Shown: positions 38,396 to 47,182 of the stretch, piece by piece
How the letters are laid out: the number at the start of each line of letters is the position of its first letter
How positions within the stretch are numbered: the first letter of the stretch is position 1
Assembly (NCBI GenBank): GCA_963789495.1
Contig: CAWBLP010000031.1
Coordinates: forward strand, 118,679-182,678
Source: an uncultured Alphaproteobacteria bacterium
Lineage (GTDB): Bacteria > Pseudomonadota > Alphaproteobacteria > Acetobacterales > Acetobacteraceae
Reading direction: 5' to 3'
DNA length: 64,000 nucleotides
Notes under the pieces: generated by a model
The model's database searches: none
What the model was told of the DNA's origin: nothing
Seen by the model: the letters and a program-made list of their open reading frames with translations, nothing else
Made by a program: the position numbers and the translations under genes

Positions 38396-39621
38396 GCGAG
38401 CCGCCGGCGCTGCGCATTCCGCCGCCGGCCTGGCTGACCGACAAGGCGGTGGCGGCCGTGCTGGATGCGCTGCCGCAGGCCCGCATCGCCGGCGGTGCGG
38501 TGCGCGACACACTGGCAGGGCGCGCGGTCGCGGATGTGGACCTGGCGACGCCGCAGCCGCCCGACCAGGTGATGGCAGCGCTGACGGCGCGCGGCATCCG
38601 CAGCGTGCCGACCGGCCTGGCCCACGGCACCGTCACCGCGGTGGTCGCCGGACGCGGCTTCGAGATCACCACGCTGCGCCGCGACGTGCAGACCGACGGG
38701 CGGCACGCGGTGGTCGCGTTCACCGACGACTGGCGCGCGGACGCGGCGCGACGCGACTTCACGCTGAATGCGATGTCGATGACGCGCGACGGCGCGGTGT
38801 TCGACTATTTCGGCGGTATCGCCGATCTGCGCGCCGGCATCGTGCGATTCGTCGGCGACGCGGCGACCCGCATTGCCGAGGACTATCTGCGCATCCTGCG
38901 GTTCTTCCGCTTCTTCGCCCGCTACGGTGCGGGTGCGCCCGACCCCGCCGCGGTAGGGGCGATCCGCGCCGGCGTACCGGGGCTGGCCGGGCTGTCGGCC
39001 GAACGGGTGTGGAGCGAGTTGCGGCGCATCCTGGCGGTGCCCGACCCGCGTCACGCCGTGGCGCTGATGGCGGCGCTGGGCGTGCTGGCCGCGGTGCTTC
39101 CCGAGGGCGCCGATCCAGCGCGGCTGGAGCGGATGATCGCGGCCGAGGCGCCGGCCGACCCGCTGCTGCGGCTGGCGGGCCTGCTGACCGGCGATCCCGC
39201 GGCGGTGGCAGAGCGGCTGCGCCTGTCGAATGCGGAGCGGGACCGACTGCTGGGCATCCACACCGCGCCGCTGGCGGAGCCGGACGCGGATGACGCGCGG
39301 TTGCGGCGTCTGGCGGCCGACACACCGCCGGTGCTGCTGATCGACCGGACCTGGCTGGAGGCCGGGCGCGGCGTGGGCTGGGACGGGCTGCGGGTCCGGC
39401 TGCGGGCGCTGCCGCGGCCGGTGTTTCCCGTGGAGGGCCGCGACGTGGTGGCGCTGGGCGTGCCGCCTGGCCCGCAGGTGGGCTCGCTGCTCCGGGCGCT
39501 GCGCCAATGGTGGCTGGAGGGCGGCTGCCTGGCGGATGCGGGGGCATGCCGGGCGGAACTGGCGCAGCGGATTGCGGGCCCGGACGGCACGGGCGAAGGC
39601 GCTGGCCGATCGGGGCAGTGA
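38392..39621 (+). CDS. cca: CCA-adding tRNA nucleotidyltransferase / poly(A) polymerase family protein
   Basis: 409 aa. IAGGAVRDTLAG, DVDLAT and RRDFTLNAM motifs. Confidence 0.85.
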   Translation: MSEPPALRIPPPAWLTDKAVAAVLDALPQARIAGGAVRDTLAGRAVADVDLATPQPPDQVMAALTARGIRSVPTGLAHGTVTAVVAGRGFEITTLRRDVQTDGRHAVVAFTDDWRADAARRDFTLNAMSMTRDGAVFDYFGGIADLRAGIVRFVGDAATRIAEDYLRILRFFRFFARYGAGAPDPAAVGAIRAGVPGLAGLSAERVWSELRRILAVPDPRHAVALMAALGVLAAVLPEGADPARLERMIAAEAPADPLLRLAGLLTGDPAAVAERLRLSNAERDRLLGIHTAPLAEPDADDARLRRLAADTPPVLLIDRTWLEAGRGVGWDGLRVRLRALPRPVFPVEGRDVVALGVPPGPQVGSLLRALRQWWLEGGCLADAGACRAELAQRIAGPDGTGEGAGRSGQ

Positions 39622-39710
39622 GCCGCGCGGCGTTGACACCGGCGTAGTGGATGCGGGCGGCGGTCTTGCGGATCATGTCGAGGATGCCGGCGCCGGCCGA
39701 ACCGTCCTGA

Positions 39711-40103
39711 TCAATCCGCCAGCAGGTCCTCGATCCGGACGCCGAACCTGCGGGCGAGCTTCTGGAAGATCCCGATATCCGCTGATCGGCGTGCACCACC
39801 TTCAAGCTGGGCCAGGTAGGGCTGAGAGATCCCGGCGGCCGCGGCAAGCTCGGCTTGGGTGATCAACGTCGTCCGGGTAGAGTTGGACCAAGTCGCAAAA
39901 CATCCCCGCGCCTCGATTGTCTTTTGGGCGGCGTCGACGAAAGTCTCGTTAGCCCCAATGGTCCGGGCGGCGGCCGCGCCACGGGCCGCAAGCAGTCTTC
40001 GGCAGGCATGGCACGTCCGTCCTACGTCCAGGACAACTGGTTCTTCGGCAGCTTGCCGGTTGGATCGTATGCCACGACCTTGTGCGGCCGCTCGGGTCTC
40101 CAC
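39711..40103 (-). CDS. XRE-family helix-turn-helix protein (start uncertain)
   Basis: C-terminal LITQAELAAAAGISQPYLAQLEGGARRSADIGIFQKLARRFGVRIEDLL is an HTH_3-type domain. The 5' part of the ORF overlaps the RES remnant, so the true start is probably downstream. Confidence 0.6.
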   Translation of the reverse strand: METRAAAQGRGIRSNRQAAEEPVVLDVGRTCHACRRLLAARGAAAARTIGANETFVDAAQKTIEARGCFATWSNSTRTTLITQAELAAAAGISQPYLAQLEGGARRSADIGIFQKLARRFGVRIEDLLAD

Positions 40104-40228
40104 AGCACCCGGTTCTGATCATCCGCCGTCGCACCGTTGGCGAAGCTCGGAACCAGGATCCCCGCGCAGCCATCTGCCATCAGCCAGTTGGGGTCATGCG
40201 CCCGGAAACACTGACCCCGGAACCTCAA
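40022..40228 (-). pseudogene. Remnant of a RES-domain toxin (internal deletion of the catalytic core)
   Basis: 68 aa joins a RES-type N-terminus (CFRAHDPNW) directly to the C-terminal block GILVPSFANGATADDQNRVLW...YDP. The Arg-Glu-Ser core region is absent. Overlaps the stop of the upstream antitoxin gene. Confidence 0.6.
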
Positions 40229-40647
40229 GCGTATCCGCCGGTCGCCAGGTGATCGAGGTAGTCTCGAACCGCCGTGGCGTTGCCGGACTTGCTCAGCGCC
40301 TCGGCCGTGCGACCACCAAAGGCCGGAATTGGCTCGGCCCGGTACCAGGCCATGGCTTGCGCCGCACCGCCGGCCCAGCCCTGGACGAGGTTGATGATCT
40401 CCAGCATCTCGCGAACCCGGCTCTGCGCCTTGGGCCCGTTGCGGCGGCTGGCCTTCTGGAACACCTCGCGGGCCAGGCCGGCAGTTTCCGCCAGTTGCGC
40501 CTTGGACATGCTGAAGGTGTCGGCCACGTCGCCGAGCTTCACCGCGCCCTGCTCATCCATCAGGCTCGCGATCGAGAACCGGCCGGTCGCGGAAGGTCGG
40601 CGAGCCAACCGGCCCGTGGCGGTGGTCTTCTTGGCTGGCTGACTCAT
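40225..40647 (-). CDS. Xre-like antitoxin of RES-Xre (ParS/MbcA-type, DUF2384) family
   Basis: 140 aa. HTH segment FSMSKAQLAETAGLARE. C-terminal AMAWYRAEPIPAFGGRTAEALSKSGNATAVRDYLDHLATGGY matches the DUF2384 pattern. Confidence 0.75.
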   Translation of the reverse strand: MSQPAKKTTATGRLARRPSATGRFSIASLMDEQGAVKLGDVADTFSMSKAQLAETAGLAREVFQKASRRNGPKAQSRVREMLEIINLVQGWAGGAAQAMAWYRAEPIPAFGGRTAEALSKSGNATAVRDYLDHLATGGYA

Positions 40648-40909
40648 GCGCCGCTCCAGTGACCTGGTTTCCGGTCAAGCTGTAGGCGGATCGCTGGGGT
40701 TGCAAGGACGGCACACGCCCACTCGACGTGACCGGCGCGGCAGCGTCGCCGCCGTCAAGTCCGGACCCGACCCGACCATCTTCCCCGCGCCGGACGACCC
40801 GCAGGTGCAGCGGCGCGATGGCGCAGCCGCAACGCTCCCGCGGCGCCGCTTGCGCGTCCTGCGTGTGTGTCTCAGGATCGCTGCAACAAGACATCCCAAG
40901 GAGGGGTCC

Positions 40910-42631
40910 ATGCAGGCGGAATACGATCTGGTCATCCGGGGCGGCACCGTCATCGATGGCACCGGCGCCGCGCCGGTCGAGGCCGATGTCGCGATCACCG
41001 GCCAGCGCATCGCCGCCGTCGGCAAGGTCAGCGGCAAGGGCACCGAGGAGATCGACGCGCGCGGCAAGCTGGTCACCCCCGGCTTCGTCGACATCCACAC
41101 CCATTACGATGCGCAGGCGGTGTGGGACAGCCACATGGCGCCCTCCTCCTGGCACGGCGTCACCACCGCGGTGATGGGCAATTGCGGCGTCGGCTTCGCG
41201 CCCTGCAAGCCGGCGGACCGCGAGAAGCTGATCGAGCTGATGGAAGGCGTCGAGGACATTCCCGGCGCGGTGATGCATGAAGGCCTGCGCTGGGAATGGG
41301 AATCCTTCAGCGAATATCTCGATGCGCTGGACCGCCGCACGCGCGACATCGATGTCTGCGCGCTGCTGCCGCATGCCGCTGTCCGGGTGTTCGTGATGGG
41401 CGAGCGCGCCATCGCGTCGGAGAACGCCAACCAGGGCGACATCGCGCAGATGCGCGAGATCGCGCGCGAGGCGATGCAAGCCGGCGCGTTCGGCTTTTCG
41501 ACCTCGCGCAGCCTCAGCCACAAGACGCTGAAGGGCGATCCCACGCCGACCCTGCGCGCGCAGGAAGACGAGCTGACCGGCATCGCCATGGGCATGCGCG
41601 ACGCGGGCTCCGGCATGCTGGAGGTCGTCAGCGAATGGGCGCCGGACCACAATGCAGAGTTCGCCATGCTGCGCCGGGTGGTGGAAGCCTGCGGCCGGCC
41701 CGCGGTGTTCACGCTGACGCAGCGCCACTCCCGGCCCGAGGTCTGGCGCGACCTGCTGCGCAACGCCGACGCCGCAATCCGCGACGGTGTCTCCATGCGC
41801 CCCGTGGTCGCGCCACGCGCAATCGGCGTGCTGCTCGGCCTGACCGGCAGCCAGAACCCGTTCGCCGGCACGCCATCCTACAAGGCGATCGCCGATCTGC
41901 CGCTGGAAGAGCGGGTGCGCCGTCTGCGCGACCCGGCCTTCCGCGCGAAAATCCTGTCCGAGGACCCGCGCGCCGGCAACACCTTCCCGCTGTTCCAGCG
42001 GCTGCAGTTCGAGCACATGTTCCGCTTCGGCAATCCACCGAACTACCAGCCGCAGCGCGAGGATTTGCTCGCCGCGATCGCCGCGCGCGAAGGCCGCACG
42101 CCGCCGGAAGTCGCCTATGACGCGCTGCTGGAGGATGACGGCAAGGCGTTCATCTACACGCCACTCGGCAACTACGCGTATTACGACCTCAGCGTTTCCG
42201 AAACAACTCTGGCGGACCGCAACACGATCATGGGGCTCGGCGATGGCGGCGCCCATGTCGCGTTCATCCTGGATGCCGGCTACCAGACCTGGCTGCTGAC
42301 CCATTGGGGCAAGACCAAGCGGCGCTGGGATACGCCGGAACTGATCCGGCGGCTGACCTCGGACACCGCACAGGCGGCGGGGCTGCTGGATCGCGGCGTG
42401 CTGGCGGCCGGCCTCAAGGCCGATGTCAACGTGATCGACTGGGACCGCCTGGGTTGCGACAAGCCCTACGTGGTGAACGACCTGCCGGCCGGCGGCAAAC
42501 GGCTGATGCAGAAGGTGCATGGCTACGAGGCGACTATTGTCTCCGGCGAGGTCACCTTCCGCGAGGGCGAGGCCACCGGCGTGCTGCCGGGCCGCCTGGT
42601 GCGCGGTCCACAGGCGGAACTCGCCGCGTAA
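40910..42631 (+). CDS. N-acyl-D-amino-acid deacylase (D-aminoacylase) family amidohydrolase
   Basis: ATG 40910 after aaggagggg. YDLVIRGGTVIDGTG and PGFVDIHTHYD metal-binding motif. Confidence 0.85.
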   Translation: MQAEYDLVIRGGTVIDGTGAAPVEADVAITGQRIAAVGKVSGKGTEEIDARGKLVTPGFVDIHTHYDAQAVWDSHMAPSSWHGVTTAVMGNCGVGFAPCKPADREKLIELMEGVEDIPGAVMHEGLRWEWESFSEYLDALDRRTRDIDVCALLPHAAVRVFVMGERAIASENANQGDIAQMREIAREAMQAGAFGFSTSRSLSHKTLKGDPTPTLRAQEDELTGIAMGMRDAGSGMLEVVSEWAPDHNAEFAMLRRVVEACGRPAVFTLTQRHSRPEVWRDLLRNADAAIRDGVSMRPVVAPRAIGVLLGLTGSQNPFAGTPSYKAIADLPLEERVRRLRDPAFRAKILSEDPRAGNTFPLFQRLQFEHMFRFGNPPNYQPQREDLLAAIAAREGRTPPEVAYDALLEDDGKAFIYTPLGNYAYYDLSVSETTLADRNTIMGLGDGGAHVAFILDAGYQTWLLTHWGKTKRRWDTPELIRRLTSDTAQAAGLLDRGVLAAGLKADVNVIDWDRLGCDKPYVVNDLPAGGKRLMQKVHGYEATIVSGEVTFREGEATGVLPGRLVRGPQAELAA

Positions 42632-42713
42632 CCTACGGTCTCGTGATCGCCGCCTTGTTGCTGCCATGGTCCTTGGCTTTTCTGAGGATCATTGCAGCGC
42701 AACAGGCGCAGTC

Positions 42714-43013
42714 ATGCCCCCTCGCACGATCCGCAGTCGTCATCCCGGCCGGGTGCTCCGCGAGGAGTACATGGAACCCATGCACCTCGATGCCGCGGCA
42801 CTGGCCCATGCGCTGGACGTGGTGCCAGGCCGCATCGCCGCGCTGATCGCCGACCAAGGGCCGGTCACGTCGGATATCGCATTGCGGCTGGCGCGGTGCT
42901 TCCGCACCAGCCCGCAATTCTGGCTGGGACTGCAAACGGCGTACGACCTGTCGCTGGCGCAGGCGGAATTGGGCGCGGAGATCGAGCGCCGGGTGCACCC
43001 CCTGGCCGCCTGA
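42714..43013 (+). CDS. higA: HigA-family antitoxin (HTH), no adjacent HigB
   Basis: 99 aa. HPGRVLREEYMEP...LAHALDVVPGRIAALIADQGPVTSDIALRLARCFRTSPQFWLGLQTAYDL is the canonical HigA/VapI pattern. Confidence 0.8.
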   Translation: MPPRTIRSRHPGRVLREEYMEPMHLDAAALAHALDVVPGRIAALIADQGPVTSDIALRLARCFRTSPQFWLGLQTAYDLSLAQAELGAEIERRVHPLAA

Positions 43014-43063
43014 GCCGGCAAGCGTCGGGGCGTTGCCCCGAACCCCTCCAGGGGGCTTTGCCC
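43014..43063. repeat. Dispersed GC-rich palindromic element, copy 3, left part (interrupted by IS)
   Basis: gccggcaagcgtcggggcgttgccccgaacccctccagggggctttgcccc matches the left ends of the other copies, then stops at the IS inverted repeat. Confidence 0.75.
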
Positions 43064-44384
43064 CATGTGCGCGAATCTAACGCTTGCGCGGTCACGGGGT
43101 GGTACGATTCCAAGCTTGGATGCCCCGCGCATCCTCCCTGCGTTCTGGTGAATGGACAGCGATCGTCGCGTCGCTGGCCAGGATTGTCGACCTCGAGGCC
43201 ACGGCGCGCCAGTTCAAAGCACTGGTGCGCCGGCGCAAGATCCGCTCGGCGGAGGCGTTGCTGCGTCTGGCGCTGATGTGGGGTCCGGGCGGGCAGTCGT
43301 TTCGCGCCGCGGCGGCGCTGGCCGGGGATGCCGGCATCGCCGATCTGTCGGACAAGGCGGTCGAAGGGCGGTTGCGCAAGATGGGCGACTGGCTGGCGCA
43401 TATGCTGGCGGCGCTGCTGGCCGATCGTCTGCACCGGCCCAGCGGCAGTGGGCTGCACCTGTCGCTGGTGGACGGCTCGGTGATCTGCGCGCCAGGCAAG
43501 GGCCAGGACTGGCGGCTGCACGCGCGCTACGACCCCGCGCGTGGGCGCTTCGCCGACCTGGCGCTGACCACGACCCGCGAGGCCGAAGCTACCGGACGGA
43601 CGCGGATCTGTTCCGGCAGCATCCTCATCATGGACCGCGGCTATGCGCGGGTGCGGAACTTCAAGGAAGTGCTGGGGCGTGGCGCCGACTTCGTCACGCG
43701 GATCAGCTGGGGATCGGTGAAGCTGTATGACGCAGCGGGCGCGCGCATTGATGTGGCGGCGCTGCTGGCCGGGACCACCGAACCGCGCGAGGTCGCGGTC
43801 TGGATCAAGGGTATTCCACGCGGCCTTCGCCTGGTGATCCAGCCACTGCCGCCCGAGGATGCAGCGCGCCAGCGTGCCAAGCGGACGCGCAAGGCCAACA
43901 AGAAGAGCCAGCAGATCCAGCCGCGCACCGTGCTCGCGGCTGGGTTTCTGATGCTGATCACCTCGCTGCCGGATGCAGCGCAGCCGATGGCGCAGGTGGC
44001 CGCGCTCTACCGGCATCGCTGGCAGGTGGAGATCGGCATCAAGCGGCTGAAGAGCCTGGGCGGGCTGGACCAACTGCCATGTGCTGATCCGGTGCTGGCG
44101 CGAAGCTGGCTGCTGGCGCAGCTGATCGCCGCGGTGCTGACCGACGATCTCGCCAACGAGATCGTCGGTTTTCCCCCCTCGGCCTGACCAGACGCAGCCT
44201 GCGCCGCAAACGCTGTGGCGGGCTTGGGACACCGCCAGGGAGATCCTGCGTGGCGCGATCCTGCCACGACCCAGACTACGAACCCCGGCCGCCTTGGCGA
44301 TATTCCGCCACCGCCTTGCCGAAGCGCCGAGACGCCGCACGCTCCAGGCCCACGAGCTCAGGCCCCCGTAAGTTCGCGCGTATG
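43064..44384 (+). mobile_element. IS4-family insertion sequence (about 1.3 kb)
   Basis: Imperfect terminal inverted repeats CATGTGCGCGAATCTAACG (43064-) and the complement of CCGTAAGTTCGCGCGTATG (-44384). Encloses a DDE transposase. Both flanks are halves of the dispersed repeat. Confidence 0.75.
43084..44187 (+). CDS. IS4-family DDE transposase
   Basis: 367 aa (possibly starting at 43120). LIMDRGYA (second Asp region) and the Y-x2-R-x3-E-x6-K signature in YRHRWQVEIGIKRLK. Confidence 0.85.
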   Translation: MRGHGVVRFQAWMPRASSLRSGEWTAIVASLARIVDLEATARQFKALVRRRKIRSAEALLRLALMWGPGGQSFRAAAALAGDAGIADLSDKAVEGRLRKMGDWLAHMLAALLADRLHRPSGSGLHLSLVDGSVICAPGKGQDWRLHARYDPARGRFADLALTTTREAEATGRTRICSGSILIMDRGYARVRNFKEVLGRGADFVTRISWGSVKLYDAAGARIDVAALLAGTTEPREVAVWIKGIPRGLRLVIQPLPPEDAARQRAKRTRKANKKSQQIQPRTVLAAGFLMLITSLPDAAQPMAQVAALYRHRWQVEIGIKRLKSLGGLDQLPCADPVLARSWLLAQLIAAVLTDDLANEIVGFPPSA

Positions 44385-44606
44385 GGGCAGCGCCCCCTGA
44401 ACCCCCAGCAAAGGCTCAGCCTTTGCAATCGGATTCTGTTTGGGGTGGGGAGGGGGCGCGACCGTCCCGGACCACACGAGCATCGCGGAATGGCCCCCTC
44501 CCCACCCCAAACGGAGGCGGTTCCAAGGGCCGGGCCCTTGGCGGGGATGCAAGGGGCAGCGCCCCTTGCTGGGGGTTTCGGGGGCAACGCCCCCGACACT
44601 TTCGGC
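44385..44606. repeat. Dispersed GC-rich palindromic element, copy 3, right part
   Basis: ggggcagcgccccctgaacccccagcaaaggctcagcctttgcaatcgg ... ggttccaagggccgggcccttggcggggatgcaaggggcagcgccccttg ... ggggcaacgcccccgac. Confidence 0.8.
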
Positions 44607-44653
44607 CCGCGCCCGGCATGGCGCGGGCGGCCCGGGTTCTCTATATCCCCAGC

Positions 44654-45492
44654 ATGCGCGCACATTTCTGGAAGATGCACGGCTGCGGCAACGATTTCGT
44701 CGTGTTCGACGAGCGCACCGGCACGTTCGGCTTCACGCCCGCCCGCGCCGCCGCGCTGGCCGACCGGCGCACCGGCATCGGCTGCGACCAGTTCATCACC
44801 ATCGAGCCGCCGCCGTTCGGCTCCAACGCGGATGCCTTCATGCGCATCCGCAACCCGGACGGGGCGGAAGCCGGCGCCTGTGGCAACGCCACCCGCTGCG
44901 TCGCGTCCCTGCTGGCCACCGAAACCGGGCGGCGCAGCCAGGTCATCCGCACGGTCGCCGGCAACCTGCCGTCCGAAGTGCTGCCGGATGACCGGGTCCG
45001 CGTCGACATGGGTCCCGCCCGGTTGCTGTGGTCGGACATCCCGCTGGCGCAGCCCATGGACACGCTGCATCTCGACCTGACGGACGGCCCCCTCGCCGAT
45101 CCCGCCGCCGCCAGCATGGGCAACCCGCATGCCACCTTCTTCGTCCCCGACCTCGCTGCCCTGCCGATCGAGAAGTTCGGCCCGCGCCTGGAACATCGAC
45201 CCGCTGTTTCCGGAGCGCGCCAATATCGGCTTCGCCCAGATCCTGGCGCCCGACCGGATGCGCCTGCGCGTCTGGGAGCGCGGCGCTGGTCTGACGCTCG
45301 CCTGCGGCTCCGGCGCCTGCGCCGCCGTGGTGAACGCGCACCGCCGCGGCCTGACCGGCAACCGCGTCACCGTGCTGGTCGACGGCGGCGCGCTGGAGAT
45401 CGAATGGCGCGGCCGAGACCACCGTGCTGATGACCGGACCGGTCGCCACCGCCTTCACCGGAACCATCGAGCTGGCAGACTACCCGGCATGA
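44654..45492 (+). pseudogene. dapF: Diaminopimelate epimerase reading through three frames (two +1 frameshifts near 45197 and 45410)
   Basis: MRAHFWKMHGCGNDFVVFD...GPRLEH (frame a); [15 protein letters not shown]...[11 protein letters not shown]...LEIEW (frame b); [26 protein letters not shown]-stop (frame c). The last stop overlaps the mtaB ATG (ATGA). Confidence 0.85.
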
Positions 45493-46955
45493 GTGTCGAG
45501 ATCCTGACCTTCGGCTGCCGGCTCAACAGCTACGAGAGCGAGGTGATGCGCGGCCACGCCGCCGGCCTGACCGACACGGTGATCGTCAATACCTGCGCCG
45601 TCACGGCTGAGGCGGAGCGCCAGGCGCGCCAGGCGATCCGCCGTGCCGCGCGGGAAAATCCCACCGCCCGGATCGTGGTCACCGGTTGCGCGGTGCAGGT
45701 CGATCCGCAGGCCTGGGCGCGGCTGCCCGGCGTGCATCGTGTGCTCGGCAACGACGACAAGCTGCGGCCGGAAAACTGGGCGCCGGACGCCGGGCCGGCG
45801 GTGTCCGACATCATGGCGGCGCGGGAGACCGCGGCGCATCTGGTGACCGAGTTCGCCGGCCGCGCGCGTGCCTTCGTGCAGGTGCAACAGGGCTGCGACC
45901 ATCGCTGCACGTTCTGCATCATCCCGTTCGGTCGCGGCCCCAATCGCAGCGTGCCGATCGGCGCAGTGGTGGGGCAGACTCGCGCCCTGGTCGCCGCCGG
46001 CTATCAGGAGGTGGTGCTGACCGGCGTCGATATCGCCAGCTTCGGGCCGGACCTGCCCGGCCACCCGACGCTCGGGCAACTGGTGCGGCGGCTGCTGGCG
46101 ATGGTGCCGGAACTGGCGCGGCTGCGGCTGTCCTCGCTGGACCCGGCGGCGATCGACGCCGATCTGTGGCGTCTGATGGCGGAAGAGCCTCGGCTGATGC
46201 CGCATTTGCACCTGTCGCTGCAGGCGGGCAGCGACCTGATCCTGAAGCGGATGAAGCGCCGCCATTCGCGCGCCGAGGCGCTGGCGGTGATCGCGCGGGC
46301 GCGCCGGTTGCGGCCGGGCATCGCCATCGGCGCCGACCTGATCGCCGGGTTTCCGACCGAGACGGATGCATTGTTTGCGGAGACGCTGGATTTCGTGACG
46401 CAGGCCGAACTGCCGTTTCTGCACGTGTTTCCGTATAGCGAGCGGGCCGGGACGCCGGCCGCACGCATGCCGGCGGTGCCGAAGGCCCTGCGGCGGGAAC
46501 GCGCCGCGCGGCTGCGTGACGCCGGCCGGGCGGTTTCGCGCCGGTTCTTCGCGACGCAACTGGGGCGCCGCGTTTCGGTGCTGGCGGAGCGCGGGGATGC
46601 CGGCCACAGCGAGCACTTCGCGCCGGTGCGGCTCACGGTGCCGGTGGCGCCCGGCTTCCTGGTGACGGCGCTTGTTACCGGTGCGACGGCGGACGGCCTG
46701 GTGGCGACCCCGGTCGAGGTGCCGGGCGCGCCGACTCTGCCCCCCGCTCTTCCCGTTGCGGCCACCGCTGCTCCTGCGGCCCGGGCTGCTCCCGCTGCCG
46801 CGAATGAGGCTGTTCCCGCGGCGGCCACCCCTGCTCCCGCCGCCGCGGCTGGTCACTGCCTCCGGCGCCGCGGCCGGCACCGCCCTCACCGCGGCGGCCG
46901 GCACTGCCCCTGCCGCCGCGGCCACCCCTGCTCCCCTCGTCATGGCCCGGCTTGA
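45489..46955 (+). CDS. mtaB: tRNA (t6A37) methylthiotransferase MtaB (radical SAM), with Ala/Pro-rich C-terminal extension
   Basis: [19 protein letters not shown], radical-SAM [11 protein letters not shown]. Family-like sequence ends around aa 410; about 80 further residues are AP-rich low complexity running into a REP hairpin. Confidence 0.8.
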   Translation: MSVEILTFGCRLNSYESEVMRGHAAGLTDTVIVNTCAVTAEAERQARQAIRRAARENPTARIVVTGCAVQVDPQAWARLPGVHRVLGNDDKLRPENWAPDAGPAVSDIMAARETAAHLVTEFAGRARAFVQVQQGCDHRCTFCIIPFGRGPNRSVPIGAVVGQTRALVAAGYQEVVLTGVDIASFGPDLPGHPTLGQLVRRLLAMVPELARLRLSSLDPAAIDADLWRLMAEEPRLMPHLHLSLQAGSDLILKRMKRRHSRAEALAVIARARRLRPGIAIGADLIAGFPTETDALFAETLDFVTQAELPFLHVFPYSERAGTPAARMPAVPKALRRERAARLRDAGRAVSRRFFATQLGRRVSVLAERGDAGHSEHFAPVRLTVPVAPGFLVTALVTGATADGLVATPVEVPGAPTLPPALPVAATAAPAARAAPAAANEAVPAAATPAPAAAAGHCLRRRGRHRPHRGGRHCPCRRGHPCSPRHGPA

Positions 46956-46988
46956 CCCGGCCATCCACCCCGGGACGATCGGGACGCC
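46939..46988. repeat. REP-like hairpin element, copy 2
   Basis: gtcatggcccggcttgacccggccatccaccccgggacgatcgggacgcc. Confidence 0.75.
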
Positions 46989-47021
46989 AGCCGACCGGGC
47001 CAGCACCACCGACGGGGGGCA

Positions 47022-47048
47022 GATGGCCGGATCAAGCCCGGCCATGAC
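47022..47048. repeat. REP-like hairpin element, copy 3 (inverted, hairpin core only)
   Basis: gatggccggatcaagcccggccatgac is the reverse orientation of the GTCATGGCCGGG..CCCGGCCATC core. Confidence 0.7.
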
Positions 47049-47182
47049 GACGGAGGTCGCGGGTACGACGAACGAGGTCGCGGCTGCGACGGGAAGACTG
47101 GCGGGCGCCATCCCGCCTCCCACCAGACACCCGCCCGCCACACCGAACCCGGCCAGTTCCGAAACATTGGTAGCATCCTGAC

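Noticed and set aside
40553-42667. 704-aa minus-strand ORF
   Set aside because: It is antisense to the well-supported D-aminoacylase gene, with shadow-ORF composition.
42634-42713. Remnant of higB upstream of higA
   Set aside because: Translations of the 80-nt spacer show no RelE/HigB-like motifs that I can recognise. A profile search would be needed.
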